From: a virus
Reading direction: 5' to 3' (one strand)
DNA: 64,000 bases
Virus record (IMG/VR): IMGVR_UViG_3300045988_119030
Span: 21,411-85,410 of that record
The stretch's first letter is position 1. Each line of letters opens with the position of its first letter. Positions 38,983 to 47,197 of the stretch are shown piece by piece. The notes below the pieces were generated by a model that worked only from the letters and a program-made list of their open reading frames with translations, was not told the origin of the DNA and ran no database searches. Both the position numbers and the translations under genes were made by a program.

Positions 38983-39390
38983 ATGGATCAAAATTTAATT
39001 AATCAATTGTTTCAAGTGTGTTTGATTCCTATGCTTGGTGCTTTAACTACTTTTATAGTTATTTGGATTAAAGCAAAAAGTGCAGAATTACAAAAGAAAA
39101 CTAATAATGATATTTTAAATAAATATGTGCAAATGGCTACTGACACAATTACTAATTGTGTTATTGCCACCAATCAAACTTATGTAAATTCTCTTAAAGA
39201 ACAAGGTAAGTTTGATGAAGCTGCTCAAAAAGAAGCATTTTAGAGAACTTATCAAGCAGTATTGCTCATTTTAAGTGATGATGCTAAAGAGTATTTGAAT
39301 AATGCTTTTGGTGATTTGAATAAATATTTACAAGAGAAGATCGAGTCTACAGTAAATAATTATCGTACTCCAAGTGATGATTTAAAATAA
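38983..39390 (+). CDS. Small membrane protein, 135 aa, with one N-terminal TM helix. Holin-like candidate. 1 TAG.
   Basis: RBS AGGAGA. TM segment LFQVCLIPMLGALTTFIVIWI. It is the last gene of the late operon before a bidirectional terminator. Confidence 0.4.
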
Positions 39391-39397
39391 TAAAAAT

Positions 39398-39441
39398 AAG
39401 GGAGACATTCTTAACTGAATGTCTCCCTTATTTTTTTTTTA
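39398..39441. terminator. Bidirectional rho-independent terminator between the late operon and the convergent regulator gene.
   Basis: AAGGGAGACATTC..GAATGTCTCCCTT hairpin, with an A-tract upstream and a T10 run downstream. Confidence 0.8.
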
Positions 39442-40155
39442 TCTAAATGGATTTTTCCATCGTCGATTAATTTCTTCATAGCCTTTTTTAGGAAAGTATA
39501 AAACTTCACCATTTTTAAAAGTTAAATTATCTTTATTCATTATTTTAATTTGATTTAAATTAATAATTAAACTTGGCGGAATAAAGACAAAATCTGGATG
39601 ATAAACTAAAGTTCCTATATAATTTTCAAAAGAAGTTTTTAAAGTTTTATTATTTAGAATTTCATTCTCTAAATGACAACACAAATTTCGTTTTTGGATA
39701 TCAGCATATAATACTTTACCCAAATCAATTTTTACTTCTCCGTTAGGAGTGTCTAAATATTTATATTCACGTCTTTTTTCTTCTCTAACTTCATGTAAAA
39801 TAGAAAAAATTTTTTCTTTATTAGCAGGTTTTTTGACGAAGTTAAATGCCTTTACTTCATAAGAAGCTACTCCATAATTTATTTGAGAGGAAACAAAAAT
39901 TATTTTTCCAATATACCCATTTGTTCTTAAGAGATGAGCTATTTCAATACCATCCATTTTTTTGAATGTAATCCCTAAAAAGATTGCATCATAATCAATA
40001 TTAGAATCAATTAATTTTCCAGGATCAGTAAATTTATATACATATCCCGGCAAATTAAATTCTTTAAAATACTGATTTATTATTTCTTCTAATGAGTCAT
40101 TTTGCTAATCGCTATTGTCGCAAACACCTACAATAAAAATTTTAATCACCTTCAT
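39439..40155 (-). CDS. LytTR-family DNA-binding regulator with a degenerate (pseudo) receiver domain, about 238 aa, 1 in-frame TAG.
   Basis: ATG at 40155. The listed ORF 39439-40053 is extended upstream through TAG (MKVIKIFIVGVCDNSD[TAG]QNDSLEE..). The REC-like region lacks the phospho-acceptor Asp (FLGI rather than FLDI) and lacks the acidic pocket. The C-terminal LytTR fold carries ..LCCHLENEILNNKTLKTSFENYIGTLVYHPDFVFIPPSLIINLNQIKIMNKDNLTF. Confidence 0.7.
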
Positions 40156-40199
40156 TTTGTTTATTTTAGAAAAAATTTTTCTATCTCTATATTTTCTCT

Positions 40200-40320
40200 A
40201 TATTATAATTATACAAAAATTTTTAAATATTGTAAAATAAAAAACTATAAAGTGTCAAATTTATTTAATTTTAAGTAAGTGAAATTTTTATTCAAAAAGT
40301 GTCAGTAATTATAATATATT
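40200..40320. promoter_or_regulatory. Divergent promoter region containing a direct repeat AAAGTGTCA (40249-40257 and 40296-40304) and a related AAGTGAAAT (40277).
   Basis: Leftward sigma70-like elements: TTGACA (reverse complement of 40253-40258) with TACAAT 18 nt downstream, plus an extended -10 TGTATAAT (reverse complement of 40208-40215). Rightward TATAAT at 40310-40315. The repeats are candidate LytTR operator half-sites. Confidence 0.35.
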
Positions 40321-40398
40321 TACACAAAATAAAAGTCATATAATAATGAAAGGAAAAGATAAAACCTTTCATTATTATATTTCTCCGAAGGTAATAAC

Positions 40399-40845
40399 AT
40401 GAATACTTATGGTTATCCATAGCAGTAGTATCCAATAGGTAATAATAGACCTATTTATGGAACAACTGCTACGCCTGTGATTCAAAACAATACTACATAG
40501 CGAATTAGACCCGTTGCTTCTTTAGAAGAGGTTCGAGCTATGAATATAGATTTTGATGGTTCAGTTTTTTATTTTCCTGACTATGCTAATCGTAGAATTT
40601 ATACAAAACAAATAAATATGGATGGAACAGCTTCTATTAATATGTATGAATTAAAAGAAATCCCAAATTCTTCTTAGCCTAATAATGACTATATAACACG
40701 AGAAGAGTTTAATACTACCTTAACTTCTATTAAAGAAGTATTTGCATAGATCATGGGATCCAATAATGCGGTTGCGCCGTCTTAGGAATCGGGTTAGCCA
40801 GCTCAATAGCAACCAACAGAGAGCAAACCGCAGTTTAATTTTTAA
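40399..40845 (+). CDS. Hypothetical Gln/Pro/Asn-rich protein, 148 aa, about 8 TAG.
   Basis: ATG at 40399. A single frame runs to TAA 40843-40845. Low-complexity termini (YGYPQQQYP.., ..SGQPAQQQPTESKPQ). Confidence 0.4.
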
Positions 40846-40857
40846 GGAGAGTTTCAA

Positions 40858-41106
40858 ATGACACAATCAATGAATCCAATGCAAATTATTGCTATGATTA
40901 AAAACGGTCAAAATCCATAGCAATTAGTTTTATCTATGCTTGAAAATCAAATGGGCGGAACGCCAATGGGCAATAATTTATTACAAATGGCACGGAACGG
41001 TCAATCTGATGACATTGAAAAATTTGCTCGTAATTTGTTTGAATCAAGAGGTTTGAATTTCGATAAAGAATTTAATAGTTTTAAGTCCCAAATGGGGTTT
41101 AAATAA
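40858..41106 (+). CDS. Hypothetical small protein, 82 aa, 1 TAG.
   Basis: RBS AAGGAGAG, ATG at 40858, TAA at 41104-41106. Confidence 0.45.
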
Positions 41107-41132
41107 ATAAAATTATAGAAAGAGGTTTTGTT

Positions 41133-42014
41133 ATGTTTAATTACAATTATCCAATGAGCACGCCGAATTATTCATTATCTGATATTGCTGCGGCTTCTGG
41201 AAATGGCTATCGTAATAATGATGGCGGAATGTGGGGAGACGGAGCATGGTGGATTATTATCCTATTCTTATTCTGCTTCAATGGTTGGGGCGGTAATGGC
41301 TGGGGTAATAATGGTGCTAATGGTTCTGGTTTCCAAGGCACTACAACCCGAGAAGAAATTGGCTATGGTTTTAACATGAGCGATCTTAAATCTGGGGTTA
41401 ATGGTTTAGCTTCTAGCCTTTGCAATGGTTTTAGTGGAGTAAACACTAATCTTTTAAGTGGTTTTGCTAATCTTGCTGAAACTAATAATGCTAATACTCG
41501 CACTTTACAGAGTGATATCTGTAATATGGGTATGAATAATATGCAGAATACTTTTAGTATCACTCAGGCTATTAATGCTGATACTGTAGCAAGTATGCAG
41601 AATACTAATAATTTAACTCAGCAATTAAATAATATGGCAGCTACTAATGCTCAATGCTGCTGCGAGAATAAACAGTTAGTTCAGTCTAGTTTTGCTGATC
41701 TTAATTATAATCTTGCTAGTATTGCTTGCCAGAATCGTTAGGCTACCGTTGATGGTGTCCGTGATATTATTGATAACAATAATGCTAATATGCGTTCTAT
41801 TCTTGACTTCCTTGTTCAAGATAAAATTGAGACTCTTACCAGTGAAAATAGCACTCTTAAAAATTAGATTTCTCAAAATCTTCAAAATGCTTATCTTATT
41901 GATCAGTTGTCTCCAAAAGCAACTCCTGCTTATATTGTTGCTAATCCTTATACCGGTGTTAGTTATACTAGCTATGGATGCGGATATGGTTCAGGATGCG
42001 GTTGCAATTCCTGA
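41133..42014 (+). CDS. Gly/Asn-rich membrane protein, 293 aa, with one TM helix and a Cys-rich C-terminus. 2 TAG.
   Basis: RBS GAGG. Listed ORF 41133-41741 continues through TAG to TGA 42012-42014. N-terminus ..GMWGDGAWWIIILFLFCFNGWGGNGWGNNG (YjcZ-like Gly-aromatic plus TM). C-terminus ..YGCGYGSGCGCNS. Confidence 0.55.
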
Positions 42015-42035
42015 TTGAAGAAAGAAGGTTAAATT

Positions 42036-42458
42036 ATGGAAATAACGGCTAATGCTTTACAATCAGTTGCTACTGGTTCTAATGTAGTATTCACTAACAC
42101 AGCTGTTGCTGGAAACTGTTCCATAATGTATCGCGAGGGTAGCGGTCTAGTTACCCTCCGCGGTCTTACGAACGGTCAACGCAGAGCTCGTTTCCGCATT
42201 TCATTTGGAGGTAATATAGGACTTCCAACCACTGGAACTGCGGGTGCTATTTCTTTGGCTATAGCTATTAATGGAGAGCCAGTTACTACTTCTACAATGA
42301 TTTCTACTCCTACGGCTACTGGACAGTTTAATAATGTTTCACGTGCTTTATTCCTCGATGTGTTAGGCGGTTGTTGCACTCAAATTAGTATTGAAAACAC
42401 GAGTTCATAGGCTATTGATGTTGAAAATGCCAGCTTAATTATTGAGAGAGTGGCATAA
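42036..42458 (+). CDS. Protein of about 140 aa resembling the C-terminal (C1q/TNF-like) domain of BclA-type exosporium or collagen-like proteins. 1 TAG.
   Basis: ATG at 42036. ORF 42036-42410 extends through TAG to TAA 42456-42458. The beta-rich sequence ..VVFTNTAVAGNCSIMYREGSGLVTLRGL..GAISLAIAINGEPVTTSTMISTP..ISIEN.. is typical of that fold. Confidence 0.45.
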
Positions 42459-42471
42459 GGAGGTTTTTTAA

Positions 42472-43017
42472 ATGTGTGATAAATTCCAAGAAATTAAAAA
42501 GCAATTATTAACTCAAGTAGAAAGCCAAATGGCTCATTTAGAATGTGTTGATACAAAGGAAATGGGCGAAGTAATAGATATGATAAAAGACCTTGAAGAG
42601 GCCATTTATTATTGCACTATTACTGAAGCTATGAATGAATTACCTGAAACCACACATTATTATACTGAAAAATATAAATCTCCTCATAAAAAAAGAATCT
42701 ATAAACCTATGACATATAATTATAATTGGGAAGATTATGATTACGATGAACATGAATATGAGATGCCAACGAGTGGGAAATCTCATGAAACCCATGATAG
42801 CAGAGAAGGTCGTAGTGGCGTCCACAGAAAGATGTATATAGAAGCCAAAGAACTTCATAAAGATAAGAGTGTTTAGATAAAAGAGTTAGACAAGTATCTC
42901 CAAGAATTAAGTTCTGATATAGTAGAAATGATTGAAGATGCCTCTAATGATGAACGTTCTTATATGGAGAAGAAAATCTAGGCTTTAGCATCTAAAATTG
43001 GATCTATGAATGGTTAA
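42472..43017 (+). CDS. Hypothetical acidic or charged protein, 181 aa, 2 TAG.
   Basis: RBS AAGGAGG, ATG at 42472. ORF 42472-42876 extends through TAG to TAA 43015-43017. Overlaps the next gene by 8 nt. Confidence 0.5.
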
Positions 43018-43309
43018 TATTAATAATAGGAATTGGAGGATACTATTAGTATCTTCCAATCATCCTATGTTAATGCGACCTTCTGGAATATATACTTTAG
43101 GTTCTTGCGATGATCCTACTTCAACAATTTATATTAATGAAAATATTAGTAATAAAAAATTAAAAAAAGTATTAGCGCATGAACTAACTCATGCTGCTAT
43201 TTTTAGCTACGATATTTCATTAAAACCAGAAGAAGAAGAATTGATTGCGGATTTGGTAGGAACCTATGGTGAAGAAATTATAAATAATACTAATCTTTTA
43301 TTTAAATAG
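43010..43309 (+). CDS. Small HExxH protein, 99 aa. Putative Zn-metallopeptidase-like (ImmA/SprT-like) domain.
   Basis: The start overlaps the upstream gene, which suggests translational coupling. Motif VLAHELTHAAIF followed by an acidic stretch. No TAG. Confidence 0.5.
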   Translation: MVNINNRNWRILLVSSNHPMLMRPSGIYTLGSCDDPTSTIYINENISNKKLKKVLAHELTHAAIFSYDISLKPEEEELIADLVGTYGEEIINNTNLLFK

Positions 43310-43311
43310 AT

Positions 43312-43362
43312 AAAAAAAATAAGGGAATGAAACTATTTTTGTTTCATTCCCTTATTTTTTTT
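43312..43362. terminator. Bidirectional rho-independent terminator.
   Basis: AAGGGAATGAAAC..GTTTCATTCCCTT hairpin flanked by an A8 run (left) and a T9 run (right). It separates the + strand accessory operon from the convergent - strand gene. Confidence 0.8.
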
Positions 43363-43363
43363 A

Positions 43364-43792
43364 TTAGTCTTTAAGCGGTAATTTTAAAGTCCTTTCATAG
43401 TACTCTTTAGCCTATCCATTTCCACCTAAACCTGCATATACTTTAAAGAATTCGACTAACTATTCATACTGTCCTGAAGTCATATATCCTTGTTTTAAGA
43501 AACTTTGACATAATTGAATTAATCTAAATCTATAAGAAGCAAGAATTATTTCAATATATTTCTCACTACTTTTCTTTTCTTCCAATACGAAAGATCTTAA
43601 ATTATTTAAATCTTCTTTAATTGGAGCTATATGTTCTTCAATTAATTCTTCTAATTGTTCATCTTTCTTTTCTTCTGCCAATTTTTGATACATTTTCATT
43701 TGAGTATAAATATATCTACAAAAGGCTAAGAGGCCAGCAGAAATAAGACCAAAAAATATTTCTATAAAATGCTAGGCAATAAAAGCAGACAT
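43364..43792 (-). CDS. Hypothetical membrane protein, about 142 aa, with an N-terminal TM helix. 3 TAG.
   Basis: RBS AAGGAGG 8 nt upstream of ATG at 43792. N-terminus MSAFIA[TAG]HFIEIFFGLISAGLLAF. ORF 43460-43699 is an internal fragment. Stop TAA at 43364-43366. Confidence 0.5.
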
Positions 43793-43870
43793 AAAAAATA
43801 CCTCCTTCCACTTAACTTCTAATATATTTTAAAAGAAGGGAAGGAGGATTATTTATTTAAGGCCTATTTA

Positions 43871-44383
43871 TTACTCCCAATTAAAATCATTATTGGAACT
43901 TTCTTTCGTGAAATATGCGGTATATAAACATATGGCATCACATATATCATCATTGGCTTTTATATTATATTTTTGCTATACAAAATCAATATCGGCTTGT
44001 TTAAGAGTTTCACGTTTAATACTGCGACCGGTTTTAATTCCGAGTTTTTTACGCCATTCACTTGCCTACATTAATTCTAATGTTTTAGAAGTAAATGAAG
44101 AATTAACTCCATGCGCGCCTAACATTACTGCACCTTGAAGCCACATTAATAAACGTGAAGTATCAGAATATCCATAAGTTTCAGGATGAACATCTTCTGC
44201 TACTATCTTCTCTATATTATATTTTTTTACTAATTCAATAATCTAATCTTGTATTTTTTGTATTCTGTCTAAATTATTAGAGGAAACTGCGGTTAGCAGT
44301 CCATAATCTAACATTTTTCCCTCATTATTAGATACACAATAACCAGTAGATTTAGTAGATAAATCTAAAAAGAGGATATTCAA
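43871..44383 (-). CDS. ruvC: RuvC-like Holliday junction resolvase (phage type), about 170 aa, 3 TAG.
   Basis: RBS AAAGGAGG, TTG start at 44383. N-terminus NILFLDLSTKSTGYCV (catalytic Asp motif). ..IVAEDVH.., ..DDICDAICL.. Only TAG interruptions. TAA at 43871-43873. Confidence 0.65.
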
Positions 44384-44416
44384 GTAATTACCTCCTTTCT
44401 TTAAGGTTTGAGGTAA

Positions 44417-44935
44417 TTACTTTGAAGTTGAGCCAAATCCTCCAAGGCGGTCACCAGAAGCATTATCGTCTTCGGTGATTAAATAAGGTTTAATAATACC
44501 TTGACCAATGACATCCCCTTTATGAAGTTGAATATCAAAAGGAGATAAATTAATCATTTGAAAATAAATATGTCCTTCATTTTCAGGATTATTATAATAG
44601 TCTGCGTCAATAATTCCAACGCCATTAGCAAGAATAAGCCAATATTTTAAAGGACAAGAACTGCGAACTGATAATTCAAGATATGTATTATCATTTAATT
44701 CACATTTAATTCCAGTAGGCACAAGAGTTGGTTTTGCTTTAAGATTTTTTGTCATATTACTCATATCTTCAAGAGAAATTGAATCAAAATAACGTGTTGG
44801 AAATCTATTTAGCAAATTCTTATATGCTGGAATTACAACATCTTCTGCTACTGTAAAATCATAGCCTGCGGATTTCGCTGTTTTTCTTACAGGCAAAACC
44901 GCGTCTGGATATTTGCTTACTCGTTCAAACTTCAT
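44417..44935 (-). CDS. dut: dUTP diphosphatase (dUTPase), 172 aa.
   Basis: Motifs RKTAKSAGYDF, GVGIIDADY, GDVIGQGII and C-terminal GGFGSTSK. No TAG. Confidence 0.9.
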   Translation of the reverse strand: MKFERVSKYPDAVLPVRKTAKSAGYDFTVAEDVVIPAYKNLLNRFPTRYFDSISLEDMSNMTKNLKAKPTLVPTGIKCELNDNTYLELSVRSSCPLKYWLILANGVGIIDADYYNNPENEGHIYFQMINLSPFDIQLHKGDVIGQGIIKPYLITEDDNASGDRLGGFGSTSK

Positions 44936-45183
44936 TAAAAGCTTACCTCATAATTTACATCAATATTACTAATAGGGTCTTTTTCATCATTGAATTTTTT
45001 AACAAGAGTGACTTGATACCATTCATCGACAATTTCACCCTTAGCCTTTTTTTCTTTCTTTACTGAACTATACTTAGCTAAAATATATTTAGTTTCAGCC
45101 TTAGCCTCATCAATAAGCGCGGCCGCACTTTCCTCATTATCTACACGATAAACTTCTGTAGCACTTACAAGATACTTATTCAT
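44935..45183 (-). CDS. Hypothetical protein, 82 aa.
   Basis: Uninterrupted ORF, ATGA overlap with dut in an operon arrangement. Confidence 0.5.
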   Translation of the reverse strand: MNKYLVSATEVYRVDNEESAAALIDEAKAETKYILAKYSSVKKEKKAKGEIVDEWYQVTLVKKFNDEKDPISNIDVNYEVSF

Positions 45184-45443
45184 TAACCTACCTCAACTTT
45201 AATTTCTTTTCTATTGGAATAATTTAAACTATTACTTTCATAAATTTTTGGAATTAATTCATTAATAAAATCTTCAATACCATATAAACGTATAGTATCA
45301 GTATCGTTTTTATAACAAGATGCTACTAAAACATTTGGAAGATCAGAAATGCTACAAGTTCCAATAGCTACTGCCGTTCCGTCATCATAAGTTTTAAAAA
45401 CATTTTGTTCCATTGAAAATAAATTAATATTACAAACAATCAT
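45183..45443 (-). CDS. Hypothetical protein, 86 aa.
   Basis: Uninterrupted ORF with start/stop overlaps to both neighbours. Confidence 0.5.
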   Translation of the reverse strand: MIVCNINLFSMEQNVFKTYDDGTAVAIGTCSISDLPNVLVASCYKNDTDTIRLYGIEDFINELIPKIYESNSLNYSNRKEIKVEVG

Positions 45444-45977
45444 TTAATTACACTCCACAATACCAGCATCATATTGGAATAAATAAAAACAATAAGATTC
45501 ATTATCAATATTTATCCAAATTTCAATAGCGCCATCATTATTTTTTTCCCAACCAACAATACTTCCTAATTCTTGACAAAGTATAATTACCATACTCGCT
45601 ACAGAACCAGTTGAAATAATTGGAGGAATATTTTTGTGAAAAATGGTATAATAATTATAATCTTTACATAATAACATATAATACATTCCATATTCACTCA
45701 TTCCATTAATACTACTCATTAATTTATTTAATTCTTCTTCATTAATTGGATCCATTTGTATCATAATATTTTTATTAAAATCATATAAATTCATTCCAGT
45801 TTGAAATGTAGTAGAATTATCTGACAAATTATTAGTAGTAGTTCCTATCATTACCCATTCATTTCCAGTGTAACAATATTGTTTCTGATCTTCACCAGAA
45901 ATGGCAATAGTTCCTTCTTTGAATTTACGAGGAGAATTATATAATTCTCCCATTGTATTAGTATAAAAAACATTCAT
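45444..45977 (-). CDS. Hypothetical protein, 177 aa.
   Basis: Uninterrupted ORF, tightly packed in the same - strand operon. Confidence 0.5.
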   Translation of the reverse strand: MNVFYTNTMGELYNSPRKFKEGTIAISGEDQKQYCYTGNEWVMIGTTTNNLSDNSTTFQTGMNLYDFNKNIMIQMDPINEEELNKLMSSINGMSEYGMYYMLLCKDYNYYTIFHKNIPPIISTGSVASMVIILCQELGSIVGWEKNNDGAIEIWINIDNESYCFYLFQYDAGIVECN

Positions 45978-46016
45978 TGTTATATAATCTCCTATCTATT
46001 TCATAGAAAAATTATA

Positions 46017-46511
46017 TCACAAATTTTCTTTTTTGTCAAGTTTTAAATTAATAATGTTCTAATTGCGGGAACCGCGCAAAGGCAAAGTGATATCTCTTTC
46101 CTTTTGGATATATGGTCCATCAATTAAGTAATCAGCGGTTTTTAATATATTTTTAATTCTAATATTATTACTATTCTTTAAATCATCATAAATATATCCA
46201 GTCCATATATATATTTTAATGTTTGGATATATTTTTTTAATTTCAGTAATAACTAAATTAGTTAAAAATTCATTTTCAGGGCAGAGAGGTTCTCCACCCA
46301 TAATACAAAGATTACGCTCAACATTATTCGCATTAATGGCAGTAATTAATTCATTTAATACTTTATTAGTAAATTCTTTGCCACCATTAAAATCCCACGT
46401 TTCAGGATTCTGGCATCCTTCACAATGGTGCGGGCACCCTTGTGTAAAAAATGATACACATACTCCGGGTGCCGCCGCCAAATCATTCTTTATAATTCCT
46501 GCATATTTCAT
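46017..46511 (-). CDS. nrdG: Anaerobic ribonucleotide reductase activating protein (radical SAM).
   Basis: CPHHCEGC radical-SAM cysteine motif, ..IMGGEPL... The listed ORF ends at a TAG (46058-46060). If TAG is sense, the protein extends 12 aa to TGA 46017-46019. Confidence 0.85.
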
Positions 46512-47185
46512 ATATCCTTTATTTCCTCCACTTCTAAATCTAAATCATTAACGTCATCTTCATCATCAGTTTCAATATAATAAGCAGAACACTAACAATT
46601 AGTATGGTAAGGAGGAAGAGGAATATCTTCTCCTGCCGGATACTCTCCATCCCATTCGCTGCATAGATCACCGCAAGTCCCTGATTCAATTACGAGTATT
46701 GAAGCTACGGGTCTTATTTTCATTTCCATTAAATGAGTGAATAAATATTTACTTTCATTATTCAATAGACGAGAATACATATTAACACTAAAACTTTTTA
46801 AATTATCTGAAAAATCACCAGATAATCTTTTTTCTTCTAAGTCATCTAAATATTTAATAATTCGCTCATCTAATGTTTTTCCGTCTTCTTGAAAAGTTAA
46901 ATTTGCGATATTCTGCAAATTAAATGGAGCTACTTTTGTGTAAATTTTTCCTAATTCTATATTAATCTCTGAATAAAGATTTTCTAAAGCTTTATAAAAT
47001 AAATTTATTAGAATAGTTTGATGTTCTTCTGTATTAATTTTTTCATCATTAGCTATCCAAGAAAATATTATTTTTATAATTGCTTCTAATTCCGAATCAA
47101 TTTTTTTATTTAATACTTCAGTAGCTTTTTCTAATTTATGTTTTATTTTCTAATGCTTTTTTAAAGGTTTTTTAGAATAATTCAT
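46508..47185 (-). CDS. Hypothetical protein, about 225 aa, encoded between nrdD and nrdG. 3 TAG, Cys-containing C-terminal region with an acidic tail.
   Basis: ATG at 47185, 10 nt after the nrdD stop. ORF 46592-46918 is an internal fragment. The stop TGA overlaps the nrdG ATG (ATATGA). Motif ..ESGTCGDLCSEWDGEYP... Confidence 0.5.
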
Positions 47186-47197
47186 TCTATAACCTCA

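Noticed and set aside
40156-40397. Possible suppressor tRNA or other ncRNA in the AT-rich intergenic regions (40156-40397, 43310-43363, 58121-58173).
   Set aside because: There is no cloverleaf-compatible GC-rich stems or T-loop (GTTC) signature. The regions are better explained as promoters and terminators.
41185-42858. Overlapping ORFs 41185, 41363(-), 41676(-), 41692, 42176(-) and 42640(-) in the accessory operon.
   Set aside because: They are shadow frames of the 41133, 42036 and 42472 genes. The sense genes have RBSs and a coherent operon structure.
43893-44138. ORF 43893-44138 (+).
   Set aside because: Antisense to the RuvC-like resolvase gene, which has recognisable catalytic motifs.
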